NCBI RefSeq assembly: GCF_947568905.1 | Contig: NC_079166.1 | Span: 53,940,001 to 54,004,000, forward strand | Origin: Ostrea edulis | Taxonomy: Eukaryota | DNA: 64,000 nucleotides | Direction: 5' to 3' | Shown here: one piece after another, positions 40,101 through 51,420 of the stretch | How the letters are laid out: each line of letters opens with the position of its first letter | How positions within the stretch are numbered: position 1 is the first letter of the stretch | The notes under the pieces: generated by a model | The model's input: the letters and a program-made list of their open reading frames with translations, nothing else | Databases searched by the model: none | What the model was told of the DNA's origin: nothing | Translations under genes and position numbers: made by a program

Positions 40101-41251
40101 TGAGTGATTGTGAAATGGAAAATGCATTGCACAATGCATGCCAAACAGCCAGCAACGATGTTATTGAGACACTGTTAGATGCTGGACTCGATATAAACGG
40201 CCCTCAATGTGAGGGATATTCTGCTTTACATTTGGCATTGATGAACCACAACAGACAAGCGGCTTTGTGTCTATTAGAGCATAATTCAGATGTTAATATG
40301 ATATCTAATGGGAAAACCCCAATTTCCCTTGCTTGTGAAACTGGATATTATGATGTAGTAGAAGCACTTTTGAATAAAAATGTTGAAGTTAATCCAGAAA
40401 ATGATAGTAGACCGTTGACACCCGATCCCCTGAGCATAGCAGCTGGGAATGGCTCTCTACAAATAGCACAAACTTTAATTCGATCCAAAGCCATTGTCAA
40501 CTCTCGAAATTCTGAAGGCGAAACTCCGTTATTTCAAGCCACTAAACAAGGACATTGCAGGTTGATGAAATTGCTCATTGATAACGAAGCTCGTGTTAAT
40601 ATCCAAGATAAATATGGAAAAACATGCCTACATCTGAGTGTGTGCAAACATAAAAGTGATGATATGGTATTGCTCTTATTGAAGAACAACGCAGCTGTGA
40701 ATGTGTGCACCAAAGACGGAATCACCGCTCTGATGATGGCTATCGCGGGAAAACAAGGAGTGTCCGAGAAACGGATCCGTTCTATCATTGAACACGGCGC
40801 AAATGTTAATGCACAGGATACATTTGGAAAAACTGCACTTCACCGAGCAGCAGAGTTGGGTTTGGGATCTGTCATAGAAACACTGTTAAATAATGACGCC
40901 AATGTTAATACATGTAATCAAGATGGCGAAAGTGCTCTATTCATTGCGACTAAGAGCGGACATGCAAATGTTGTTCAGTTACTTCTACAGAACAATGCAG
41001 AAGTCAAAGTACTTTCAAATTCCGGTGAAAGTCCATTCGATATCGCCAATCGAATGGAATTTCACAACATTTCCAAACTTCTACAGGAATCTGCAGCTAT
41101 CAAAGCAGATAGAGGTGATTCCCCAAAGTTAGATTCGAAAGAAGATTCTATAACTTCTAAGGAGCGGAAACTGGTATTGGTCAAATGTAACCCTTTGGGA
41201 CCTGCTCTGCCAAGAAAACGAAGTCCCTATAAGATACCAGTTCGACGATAA
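37106..41251 (+). CDS. nSTAND3-type STAND NTPase + more than 20 ankyrin repeats, 1381 aa, no N-terminal effector domain, single coding exon
   Basis: W..E.K.FVPT, Walker A GSAGSGKS, Walker B IFVIDD, sensor-1 LLTCR, helical region, long ANK array. First ATG is 37106; in-frame TAA at 37064; candidate acceptor ttttcag at 37041. Confidence 0.88.
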   Translation: MEDSDSDNDWNWMESLDPIQQHWAEENKTFVPTKASAFISEKLLTHDRIIITGSAGSGKSAIAQHIALKYAMENKRISYINALDEIEERIPNMAGTDIDIFVIDDPIGKYRFDPLAFRWWRRQRKQLKYFLRRGRKREKVAEDIRVLLTCRSDLIDDDSSLFFKDYTMINIDEDSLALTNDEKENILKSHISVSDLGENDIKLISESTKAFPTICQTVGCNENFQANINTFFQNPSELIRKEVLHLKENAKEKYLALFLIVIFNNSFVQDDFLLDCQENVVNDDENDDDDNGRLADINKGILTDMMTKFGFSETTSARSILSSMETLNGPFLKNIDGTFQFQNSLLFQTCVHLFCTEVYDIFLEYCDSSFFRKYVKTDLQNKGNLFVDIYLEDNFIGGFVKRIASDIYDGTFLDVFLCPWTNDERVIMAMEKILITKTTKDIMELTVNQALSKEDSGLKPYSKKERIVLRGFSKLDFIIYGDKISPIVLSLIFNHNRIFSAMFDKLKLDQISSSCLKKEPLLSAACANGNKHLVGKILEFYGKALPNVMWNDNEKIHAFHIAANFHHVDVMEMFLAKKQDVNITTTLNESPLFLALSVEMWYVKTSKQTDEERKQDGLLETLSLLIKNGANVNTHSENREHPLTLACSKVNIKATQLLLEHGADVNKVGISKIGGLHFAAMHGHADLVNLLLEKGADINLRTSKNQTALYFAARKGHPAIVEILLSRGADKELKTHTWNSPFFVACRYGHEKVVNLLLKFFSEDVKKSDRDECPPLHAAIESGKVEIVNLLLENGAKANAREERSMKSPLYLAAGLGKLSIVKLLLQKGVSIDIQTKDGCTPLIKTCKNGFCLVAQCLLANGANVDICDKRKWTPLLYASKYGHLDIVKLLLESKADMSLSTGNGEDPLYIASSWGHEEIVKELLKRKANGNTLSTGLRTPLSVAVKKGHKKVLEVLLLNGANVNQRVDHNDTSLIIAARENLLDIVNILLKNGADITLSDCEMENALHNACQTASNDVIETLLDAGLDINGPQCEGYSALHLALMNHNRQAALCLLEHNSDVNMISNGKTPISLACETGYYDVVEALLNKNVEVNPENDSRPLTPDPLSIAAGNGSLQIAQTLIRSKAIVNSRNSEGETPLFQATKQGHCRLMKLLIDNEARVNIQDKYGKTCLHLSVCKHKSDDMVLLLLKNNAAVNVCTKDGITALMMAIAGKQGVSEKRIRSIIEHGANVNAQDTFGKTALHRAAELGLGSVIETLLNNDANVNTCNQDGESALFIATKSGHANVVQLLLQNNAEVKVLSNSGESPFDIANRMEFHNISKLLQESAAIKADRGDSPKLDSKEDSITSKERKLVLVKCNPLGPALPRKRSPYKIPVRR

Positions 41252-42015
41252 TAGAAAGAAACAGAAGTATTTCTTGTCATACCTTTATGAATTGTTGCGA
41301 TAGAAATTGGAAAATCTTAATGCATTGCTAGAACTATGAATGTTTTGTCTTTTCACGATACCAACAAGTATCGTGGCTGTTCAAAGCTGTAATTTGCTGA
41401 GTAGTAAGGAAATTCGAAATTTAGATTACTTAATATAAGTGAAGATTCATTTACTCAAATTTCTTTAATTTTTTGTTTTTATATATGTATGTTTTATTTT
41501 TAAGATGAACCCGCATGATTACTACTCATAACACAAATACTTTTAACATATGTTATGCATATGTTTGTTGGTTTTTTTGTTGTTTTTTTTTCAGAACAAA
41601 ACCTCCTTTCTTAAATTACAGTATACTCTAGATATAAATTTTGGGGATGCTTAAAATTTTCTTTAGGATTTAATATTTTTCAACATTTTCTTGGTTATAC
41701 AATCAAGTAAATATCCAAGAAATTCGAAAAGGTTCCAATTCAGCTACTCAATGTAAATGTATTCGTATTTCATGTCCTATAAATGTATGGTGTGATTTTT
41801 GTAGTCGTTGTATCATGTTGAAGTTTATCAAATAAAATCAATCCACTATAGGAATTTACTGTTTTGTTTATTTGTTGAATTGTGCATTAACGTTTATACG
41901 AAGACATTTTTAAAAATAATTTTAGTATTATGTATTTACATGCAAATCTCTTGGTAAAAAGTTAAATAATTCATTCATTATAAATATCTGTCTGAAATAA
42001 GAATAAGTCATTTAC

Positions 42016-42143
42016 NNNNNNNNNNNNNNNNNNNNNNNNNNNNNNNNNNNNNNNNNNNNNNNNNNNNNNNNNNNNNNNNNNNNNNNNNNNNNNNNNNNNN
42101 NNNNNNNNNNNNNNNNNNNNNNNNNNNNNNNNNNNNNNNNNNN
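42016..42143. other. Assembly gap (~128 N)
   Basis: Run of N. Confidence 1.
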
Positions 42144-44549
42144 AGTCTCAGTAATCGGATACTAATATTTAAAAAAATATGGAAAAAAAAATACAGAAAT
42201 CCTCCATAAAACTTTAGCGCTTTCATTACATCTTCAGAAGCTTTACAAAAATGTATACATAGCAGTATCATAGTAACAGTGATTATGACGTCAAAGTAAG
42301 CGGAACGTTAAATGTCTATATTGTGACGTCATGGATAATGTAAAACAATGATCTGGAAAAAGTACGGGAAAATCATAGGCAATTATAAAAGACTATTAAA
42401 AGTTTTGGCTTTAGAATACCAATGAAATGTTTTTCTTTTTCCCGTCTCTGAATAGCACTGGCACATCTGAGTTTATAAAATGGGAAAATGTTAAATCGTT
42501 TTTTACCACACGTTTCCAGGTGTGCACTTAACTGGATTTGTCTGTATTCAGGTGTACTGATGTGCTGCTTATGTACACGTACACGGGCACGGAGAGTGTT
42601 GCCAGTTTCACCAATGTAATATTCCTTGCATCCAGGACATGTGATGGCGTATATGACATCCTTTGTATCGCATGACATGTTAGCATTAACTTTAAATTCT
42701 CGTCCGTTAAAATTATAACTGGTCCCTTCTGTAATGTAGTCACATGTACCGCATCGAGGGTGAGTACTCTTTGACATTGTATAAGTACGGTCATCTAATT
42801 GGGAGGAACAAAGTATTCTCTTAAGACTTTTGGGCTGGCGTTTACTGCTAATAAAACGACAGTTCTTGTATATGCCTTTTGTTTGTTCATCTTCCCTAAG
42901 TAGCTTGTTTAATTCATAAACAATTGAATTGATGTTTTGATTTCTCGGATTATAAGTGTGTACAAATGGTATTATTTCTCCGTCATTAGCACATCGTGTG
43001 TTTGAAAGTAGCTGTATCCTATCGCACTCCTTAGCCTTCATTATTCCATCGTCTACAAGTTGTTCTGGGTATTTTGGCTTAATAAATACAATTTTAATTC
43101 CTCCAAGCGGATATCCCTCGTATCGATATTGCTGACAATGGTACAAATCCTTCTTGCGAGATTATATGGTATAGCTGTTTTAGTATGGTGGGGATGGCAC
43201 GATCCGAAATGCAGGTATTGGTGGGTATCTGTGGGCTTATAATAAATATCCGTATTTAAGCTGGTATTTTCTTTTAATATAAGAACGTCAAGAAATGGCA
43301 TTTGCGTATCATCTGTTTCCATCGTGAATTTGATATCCGAGTTCATTTGGTTTAGTAGATCGTAAAACTCCAATAACTTATCGACATCATCATCCCACAA
43401 GATAAAACAATCATCTAAATATCTCTTCCATTTAGACTGTATATTATTTGCAAATTCTGCCCCCCACAACGTTCATAGTTGATCATGTAACTTATGTTCT
43501 AGATAACCTAGGGTTAATGTTGCATAGGTAGGTGCGACGTTTGTCCCCATTGCAGTTCCCTTAGCTTGGAGGTAATGATGGTCTGAAAAAGCAAACGAAT
43601 TGTTGTCTAGAACTAATTTTAGTGCTTCTAAAATAAAATCCTGTTGGAATCTGTCATTAAGTACATCGGGATATTTTTCCATCCAGAATTTTACCGCTTC
43701 CAATCCTAATTCTGTAGGAATATTAGTATATAAACTAATAACATCCAGAGTGACAAGTTTAGTGTTGGAGGTGACCTCAGTTTAGGTAAATGATTTATAA
43801 AATCCAGATCGTCTCTTACAAAGCTGAGTACTTTTTGGCAATATGATTTTAAAAGTATATCCAATAAATGACTCAGTCTCTGCGTTGAAGAGTTTGGTCC
43901 TCCTACTATGGGTCTGAAGGATAAGTCAGCTGGATCCAGACAAGTAATACATACACTATTTTGATTTGCTATGGCATTCTTAATAATTTTAAACTTGTGA
44001 ACTTTAGGTAAACCATAGAATTGACTCTCTCGGAATTCAAAGTTTGTCAGGTAGTCCTGTTCTTTATCTCTTAAACCTTCCGATAGTGGTCCATATACTA
44101 GATTTTTAATTTTTGTAATGGTTTTCTTCTCATGACAATTGTGTAGTCTATAATAAAATTTGTAGTCTTGTAACATTTGTAAAATTTTATATTTGTAGAA
44201 ATCCTTATTCATTAAGACAACTCCACCTCCTTTATCGGCCTCTTTGATAATGATAGTTGGGTCATCAGGGAGGTTTTTAAGAGCATTTTCCTCTTCCGTA
44301 GAGAGATTAGATTTAATATTCCTGGGTTTGTTTGGAAAATGAATATTTTCTAATGTGTCGCAAACGGCATCCAAAGTTCTATTTCTTCCTCGTTTTGGAT
44401 TAAACTTTGATTTATTTCTTACAAGGTTTGTTGGCTCTGCCTCTGTAGACTCGGATTCAGATTCACTGGTCTCACTTTCATGAAAATATTCATATAGTCT
44501 GAGTCGCCGAGTATAGACTTTAACATCCATTTTAAGCTCTTGATTATTG
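42144..44549 (-). mobile_element. Penelope-like retroelement (RT + C-terminal GIY-YIG, Neptune-like), 5'-truncated and disrupted
   Basis: RT motifs LVTLDVISLYTNIP, QAKGTAMGTNVAP, KRYLDDCF; GIY-YIG VIYAITCPGCKEYYIGET; Cys-rich linker; stops and frameshifts. Clade is tentative. Confidence 0.92.
42206..42246 (-). ncRNA. Minimal type I hammerhead ribozyme in the PLE 3' region (copy 1)
   Basis: GUAAAGCUU-CUGAAGA-UGUAAU-GAAA-GCGC-UA-AAGUUUUAU; stem I retained through G-U pairs. Confidence 0.7.
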
Positions 44550-44866
44550 ACTGCAATGGGGACAAAAGTCGCACCTACCTATGCAACATTAACCCTATGT
44601 TATCTAGAACATAAGTTACATGATCAACTATGTACGTTGTGGGGGGCAGAATTTGCAAATAATATACAGTCTAAATGGAAGAGATATTTAGATGATTGTT
44701 TTATCTTGTGGGATGATGATGTCGATAAGTTATCGGAGTTTTACGATCTACTAAACCAAATGAACTCGAATATCAAATTCACGATGGAAACAGATGATAC
44801 GCAAATGCCATTTCTTGACGTTCTTATATTAAAAGAAAATACCAGCTTAAATACGGATATTTATTA

Positions 44867-47800
44867 ATTAAAGAATCCGCCTGATAGATAAAACCAAAAA
44901 ACTGGCTGTAATAACAGTCCATGACTCATTGCAGTGAATAACAGACACAAGCAACGTTTACCAATTTATTCATATAACAGCAATGACACATTCGGGATAT
45001 ACTGAAATGGACAATATCGGCCGCATGTGAAAATTTTGTGGGGTAACTGGGGAGTCGCCCAGTGAGCCAGTTTAACTTAACTTGTAAGGGGTACACTGGG
45101 TGGCCCGAGTAAAACATTCAGTGCCCAGACCTGAACGGACGCCAGCGTTCTAAGGAGGTAAGCGAGACCCGCCCTTCTCACCCTGTCTCCTGCAGTGCTA
45201 CCTGTTATGTACATTATCATGTTGGACATAAGCCCCAAACATGCATCAGACTGTAGCATCCCCTCACTGAAGTGAGGTGGATGTGGGCCCAACCGTCCCC
45301 GGTGGTGGCCCCACTATTAGTTTACTTGTTCTAACTTGTACGACTTTTAGTACTGTAAATTGCAATCTGATTAAAACCAGATCCTGAGATCCGCTCACTT
45401 AGATCGCTACACTAGGATCTGACGTAACCCCATATAGGGTCACGTCCGCATGACCTTTCGTTAAACCAATGAAATTCACCCTGTCGATTTATACCAACGA
45501 TAATTTTTCTCCCATGAACCTTTGCGTCATTTACGTTAGAGATGCAAAAAAAAAAAAATGACAGACGACTGCACACCTGTCAAAACATGCGATTTAAACA
45601 ACGTCTGTATTCTCTGCGGGTTTTCTTTCATTCAAACGCTAAAAAATCCCAATGGAGTTCACAATTCAAGGAAAATGGCTTCGATTGTTTGGTTTGAAAG
45701 AAAACATATCACAGCTAGATGCGACGTCACAATGCACCGTTTACGTCGACTGGCGTTATATTCCTCGCGTTATTTAAGTAGACCATCTTGAAAACTATTC
45801 AATTCGTACCCGTCCCTATTCATACATAAATCTGAATTCACAATTAATTTAATTTGGGTATATTTCATATCGTACGTTTTGTTGTTTGAATGAACGGAAT
45901 AGATTAGGCATTATTGCGAAAGTTTAAAATTCGTTATGCGAGAATATACAACTTTACAGTGTGGAATAAACTTCGTGGGAGACAGATTGCAGCAATTTGT
46001 TTACGAATTGCCAGGAACCGCCTAAATAGCCATCATTGTCTGTATGGCGCAATCTGACTGGCTGATAGTTCTCATGAATATTCCAAGCGAAAGGTCATGC
46101 GGACATGACCCCCTATGGGGTTACGTCAGATCCTAGTGTAGCGATCTAAGTGAGCGGATCTCAGGATCTGGTTTTAATCAGATTGTGTAAATTGCCCCCT
46201 GCTTTAGAAGCAGGTGGGGGAAACAACCAGGTTTTGGAGCATAAACAGTCATCACATACCATTACCGACTCCCCAGTTCGGCCACAGACATTGGAACAAT
46301 GTCCCCCACAAAAACTTGTAGGATTAAAAGCTGAGTGAAACTCAAAATACAATAAAGAATTACATGGATAAGAATAAGTCATTTGATCAAACCACAGTAC
46401 TTGAAACTGGAGTTGCACAAAAATTACAGTAAACGCACAATCGGCAAACAGCAACAAGCACGAAATGATAAATTACTTGTGCGGCGGGTAAGAAAAACCT
46501 TGACATTTGAAGAAAAAGAAAAAAGAAATTCCAAGGCCGCTTGATATTGTTGAGAAATAATTGATTTCCCAAGACCGACATACAGACGAGTGCCATCTGT
46601 TCGGAACAACTCAATCTCAGTAGCCTTGATGACATGGTTGTGTCCAATGTACAAACCTCTAACCTGGTTAGCCATGAATTTTTATCATGCAGCTATGGGC
46701 AACATGCCAATATCTTCTAGGTACTGAAAACGTGTCGTGGGAGTGCCATCCGCATGAAAAGAGCAATATATAAGTAATGGGAGGGGGGCTATAAATATGC
46801 CTTAATTAGTAGTGTTGGGCAGATAATTTGACAACCTAGGGGTTTGCCGGTTTGGATGGTCTTGGACCTATGTGAAAATACCAACGCTTGACCTCGCTGG
46901 TTTTGAGAATCTTGTGGATTCGACGATGACAAAACTCACTGACTGCGCAAACCGTAAAAATGCCAATGAAAAGGCTGCTGAAAAAATAAGACATGATTAA
47001 AAAAAAAAAGGCGAGCGACATACTGATGTTAAAACACGAAAGATTTTAACAAATAATTGGTAAGATATAGGAAGTCTTGATATATTGAGACACCTATAAC
47101 CCGCTTGACACCTTCTAGGGATGAGAGAAATTTGATTGGTTGTTTATGTACATCAACCAGAATTCGCTGTGAATTTTGCCCCAAGACATAGCAGGATTGG
47201 AGGCCTTACGGAGTCGGAATTGGTCGTCATACTTTTGCCAATTTTGTGAACGATTAGCTGCAAGCCTTATATCTCGCATGTACTTAAGCATTTCTTGGGC
47301 CGTTTGACTATGTTGAAGTACAATGCTCATGTAAATCATGAAGGTTGATGTCCACTTTTCTATGTTCAAAAAGGAGTTAAGTTGGCGCTTGACTACGTAT
47401 AGCTTGCCATTGACAAGTTGTAAATCCCCGTGGGACTCAAATTGCTCCAATTCCGTAGCAGATTTGAGTAGGACAGACAGATCAATAAATCCCCCCTCCC
47501 ATATTTTTTGCTTGAGTTTAAGCGGGACATGACTGCCGATATCATCGTATGTAGATGTAAATTGACAAGGTAAAGCCAAGGGTAAATATGACGCTTGGTT
47601 CAACAAAAAATTGCAAGACTCACCCGGGTTATCCGGTGTATTATCGATTGGGAATCGAGGGACCTCCTCAGGGGGTTGTGCCTGCCCTTCTGCAGGGGCT
47701 AGTCGATCCGTCCAAGGTGTGGTCGTGTGATTTGGACTTCGTTCCCGGAGTTGAGCTGTTGTCCGACGATTACGTTTCATCCCGACCCCCCTGGCCGGGG

Positions 47801-48120
47801 ATTTCTGGGTCGCTGCTCGTTTTTAGGTGGCATTCCTAATGCAGGAAAAAATTGTCAAAAAGCTATGTGTAGGGAATAAATCCAAAAAAGGGGAGAAAAA
47901 ACTTCGGCCACGTGCTTGGTTTCCGCCTCAAATACAAGAATCACGTTGCTGCTTCGGTTGGAAAAAGTGTAATGAATGGGTTCGATCACAGGGAGTACCG
48001 AGTGTGACGTAGTGCATACAAATTAACTTGTACCATCTAGCCGCTAAAGTCACGTAGACCCGACCTACAGGGTGTATCAAAATTAATATGGACTATTTGA
48101 TATAAACTCAAATAATCTCG
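44867..48120 (-). mobile_element. Internally deleted tyrosine-recombinase retrotransposon relic (Ngaro/DIRS-type)
   Basis: gag-like ORF 47115-47780 (KIWEGGFIDL, IEKWTSTF..Y, WQKYDDQFR, WGKIHSEFW) with a frameshifted MPPK start at 47833; SGNH-hydrolase-like end LFRTDG..L...GNQLFLNNI near 46500-46640; flanked by ATTA. Confidence 0.65.
45363..46185. mobile_element. 823-bp MITE with 98-bp TIRs and a perfect 9-bp TSD
   Basis: TIRs 45363-45460 / 46088-46185; tgtaaattg at 45354-45362 and 46186-46194. Confidence 0.92.
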
Positions 48121-49118
48121 ATTATAAGCCCACAGATACCCACCAATACCTGTATTTCGGATCGTGCCATCCCCACCATACTAAAACAGCTTAACCATAT
48201 AATCTCGCAAGAAGGATTTGTACCATTGTCAGCAATATCGATACGAGGGATATCCGCTTGGAGGAATTAAAATTGTATTTATTAAGCCAAAAATACCCAG
48301 AACAACTTGTAGACGATGGAATAATGAAGGCTAAGGAGTGCGATAGGATACAGCTACTTTCAAACACACGATGTGCTAATGACGGAGAAATAATACCATT
48401 TGTACACACTTATAATCCGAGAAATCAAAACATCAATTCAATTGTTTATGAATTAAACAAGCTACTTGGGGAAGATGAACAAACAAAAGGCATATACAAG
48501 AACTGTCGTTTTATTAGCAGTAAACGCCAGCCCAAAAGTCTTAAGAGAATACTTTGTTCCTCCCAATTAGATGACCGTACTTATACAATGTCAAAGAGTA
48601 CTCACCCTCGATGCGGTACATGTGACTACATTACAAAAGGGACCAGTTATAATTTTAACGGACGAGAATTTAAAGTTAATGCTAACATGTCATGCGATAC
48701 AAAGGATGTCATATACGCCATCACATGTCCTGGATGCAAGGAATATTACATTGGTGAAACTGGCAACACTCTCCGTGCCCGTGTACGTGTACATAAGCAG
48801 CACATCAGTACACCTGAATACAGACAAATCCAGTTAAGTGCACACCTGGAAACGTGTGGTAAAAAACGATTTAACATTTTCCCATTTTATAAACTCAGAT
48901 GTGCCAGTGCTATTCAGAGATGGGAAAAAGAATAACATTTCATTGGTATTCTAAAGCCAAAACTTTTAATAGTCTTTTATAATTGCCTATGATTTTCCCG
49001 TACTTTTTCCAGATCATTGTTTTACATTATCCATGACGTCACAATATAGACATTTAACGTTCCGCTTACTTTGACGTCATAATCACTGTTACTATGATAC
49101 TGCTATGTATACATTTTT

Positions 49119-49159
49119 GTAAAGCTTCTGAAGATGTAATGAAAGCGCTAAAGCTTTAC
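49119..49159 (+). ncRNA. Minimal type I hammerhead ribozyme in the PLE 3' region (copy 2)
   Basis: GUAAAGCUU-CUGAAGA-UGUAAU-GAAA-GCGC-UA-AAGCUUUAC; perfect 9-bp stem I, palindromic AGCGCU stem III, CUA cleavage triplet. Confidence 0.75.
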
Positions 49160-49194
49160 GGAGGATTTCTGTATTTTCTTTTCATATTTTTTAA

Positions 49195-49225
<31 letters not shown>

Positions 49226-49475
49226 GAATAATTCGTCCTCCAAAAAGTGTGAAAAATACAAAAACATTTACCAACCATATTAATTTGATTTATTTCATTT
49301 TCATCATTATATTTATGGTGGCTCAATACACTTTGAACGAGTTTCTGATATCAATATTGAAAGATATGTTGGTATGTAATATGTAAATATGTCAAAAAGG
49401 CAAGAATATACAATTTCGGATTAATATGTGTAAATCATGATTTTCAAAAATGTATTCCAATAAAAATGAACAATA

Positions 49476-49545
49476 GGCTCTGGTGGATTTGAACACGAGA
49501 TCTGCGGGCCAGTATCCCTATACTTTATCCACTGGGCTGAGATGA
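49476..49545 (-). pseudogene. tRNA-like (A/B box) SINE-head remnant
   Basis: Minus strand tcagcccagtgg ... gttcaaatcc. Confidence 0.4.
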
Positions 49546-51300
49546 TTGACAAACAAATCGATCAATACATATAATTGCACGCAAAAACATTTGAATTAAC
49601 ATCTTGTGACGTCGTGTCATAAACAGTTTAAGGCTTGGTGTTATGAACCACCTTAGCAATAAACAAAACAATTGAAATTGTTTAAATTTCCTTTCGTTGT
49701 ACATTGAAAATCTTATTGTTGATAAAAGAGTCAGTCAGTCAAGTGCAGTTTTTAAATTTCAAGTATTATATATTTCAACTAAAGGTGCGATACATTCCCC
49801 TCAAAATGTTGGCTGTATCCAAAGCATAAATAAACATGAGCTGGTATTGAATTGTATGCAGTTTAATGTTGGATGAATGCCGTTGATCGATCAGATAGTC
49901 AAAAATTATATGCTTACTACAAGTCTACACCCAGACACATGTACATGTAGCTTTGTTATCATTCAACATATCTATTGACAATGACAGTCAAAAGTATAAT
50001 TTTATTTATTTTTAAAAGAATAAAGGCTGTAACAAACACGTTCACTTCCTAAGATTTGTGCCCTCTGTAACTGTAGAGGTAAATATGTTGAACTGTTGGG
50101 ATTTATTGTGACTGTAAATAGGAACTGAATAGAAATTCTTTTATTTATGAAAACAATAGAGAACATAATTTTGGAAATTGTATGCAAATACTTTACAGAA
50201 ATTCTTTGATAATCTGTAGCTTTCCTTTGAAAGATACGAATATCCATGCATATAACATTCGCTTTCAAGGTAACTGTAATAAAATTTTACGATCATTGTA
50301 TCTTGTTAAAATAATATTCAATGTATACAAGTATCGTTAAAGTGCAAAACTGAATGGGGCTTAATGACGGGCAATGATCGTATCCAAAACACACCAAAAA
50401 CATGCAATGGGATTTAATAAAAACTTGGTTTGTTTACAGGTACCACTCTGGATAAATCGAATGCAGGCCAAGAATGATATACGTTAATAATAGAGAGATT
50501 AAATTCAACACAAGTAAGTTTCCATTTTGTTATCTAAATGTTAAATTTTATACAGAACCGAGTTATGCACCAGATGTATATTCTTAGTATTTGACATTCA
50601 TTTACGTTGTGGTATTTAGAAAAAGTATTTCAAAATTTTCTTTCCAAGATCCACAAAGGTAAGAATATATCAAATTAATATGGAAGTCAAATAGGAGTTT
50701 AAAGTTGTGCGAATTAATATTTAGGAACATCCTTTAAAATTGTGCAAGCATCTTCATGTAGTGTTTGTTTGATTTTGTTGCCACCATGACATAATGGGTC
50801 TGTATGGGGTCATAGAAGGTGTTTTAAAAAGTTTTCCATCGGATTATTTTAAGGAAAATGATTTTCTTTGAAAATGTTTTCACGATCACCTAGGTTGCCA
50901 AGTTTTTTTTTAAAGATTAATTATCATAGTATCAATAATCCCCAGTAGGTTTACTTTGTTCACGTCCGAACTGCTGAACCATTTTTACGTATGTGAAGAA
51001 AATACTGCAATATATTCTCTTCGAAAGGAGTTTAAAGCATGTACATATTTAAATAAGAAAAGCGAACAGTAACAAATCTCTTACCTCGATGCTCAGGAGG
51101 AGCATGCATCCCCTGTTGACCAGTTACACTCATCTTGCGCCCTTTATCTTGGCCAGATAACGGAGTAATCCGTAGCCAAAATCAGTTTGTAAAGAAGGGC
51201 CTGACAATTGGTAAATGTATGAAACACACCAGATACCATTCAACCTAATCACAGTTTATAGTTGCAAATAACACCATTATAATAACTATAAACAGTTGAA

Positions 51301-51420
51301 AACCCTATAACATCAACTTATTTATCAGTAGCCTGTCTCGTACCCTGTAACATCAACTTATTTATCAGTAGCCTGTCTCGTACCCTATAACATCAACTTA
51401 TTTATCAGTAGCCTGTCTCG
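51301..51420. repeat. 40-bp tandem repeat x3
   Basis: accctataacatcaacttatttatcagtagcctgtctcg x3. Confidence 0.95.

Larger units (their letters stand above)
44550..49197 (+). mobile_element. Inverted copy of the 3' ~1.4 kb of the same PLE (44550-44866 + 48121-49197), interrupted by a nested insertion
   Basis: Reverse complement of 43556 to ~42166; ORFs 44547-44867 and 48258-48935 match the minus-strand copy. Confidence 0.93.

Noticed and set aside
42008-42271. ORF running into X residues
   Set aside because: Artefact of the N gap.
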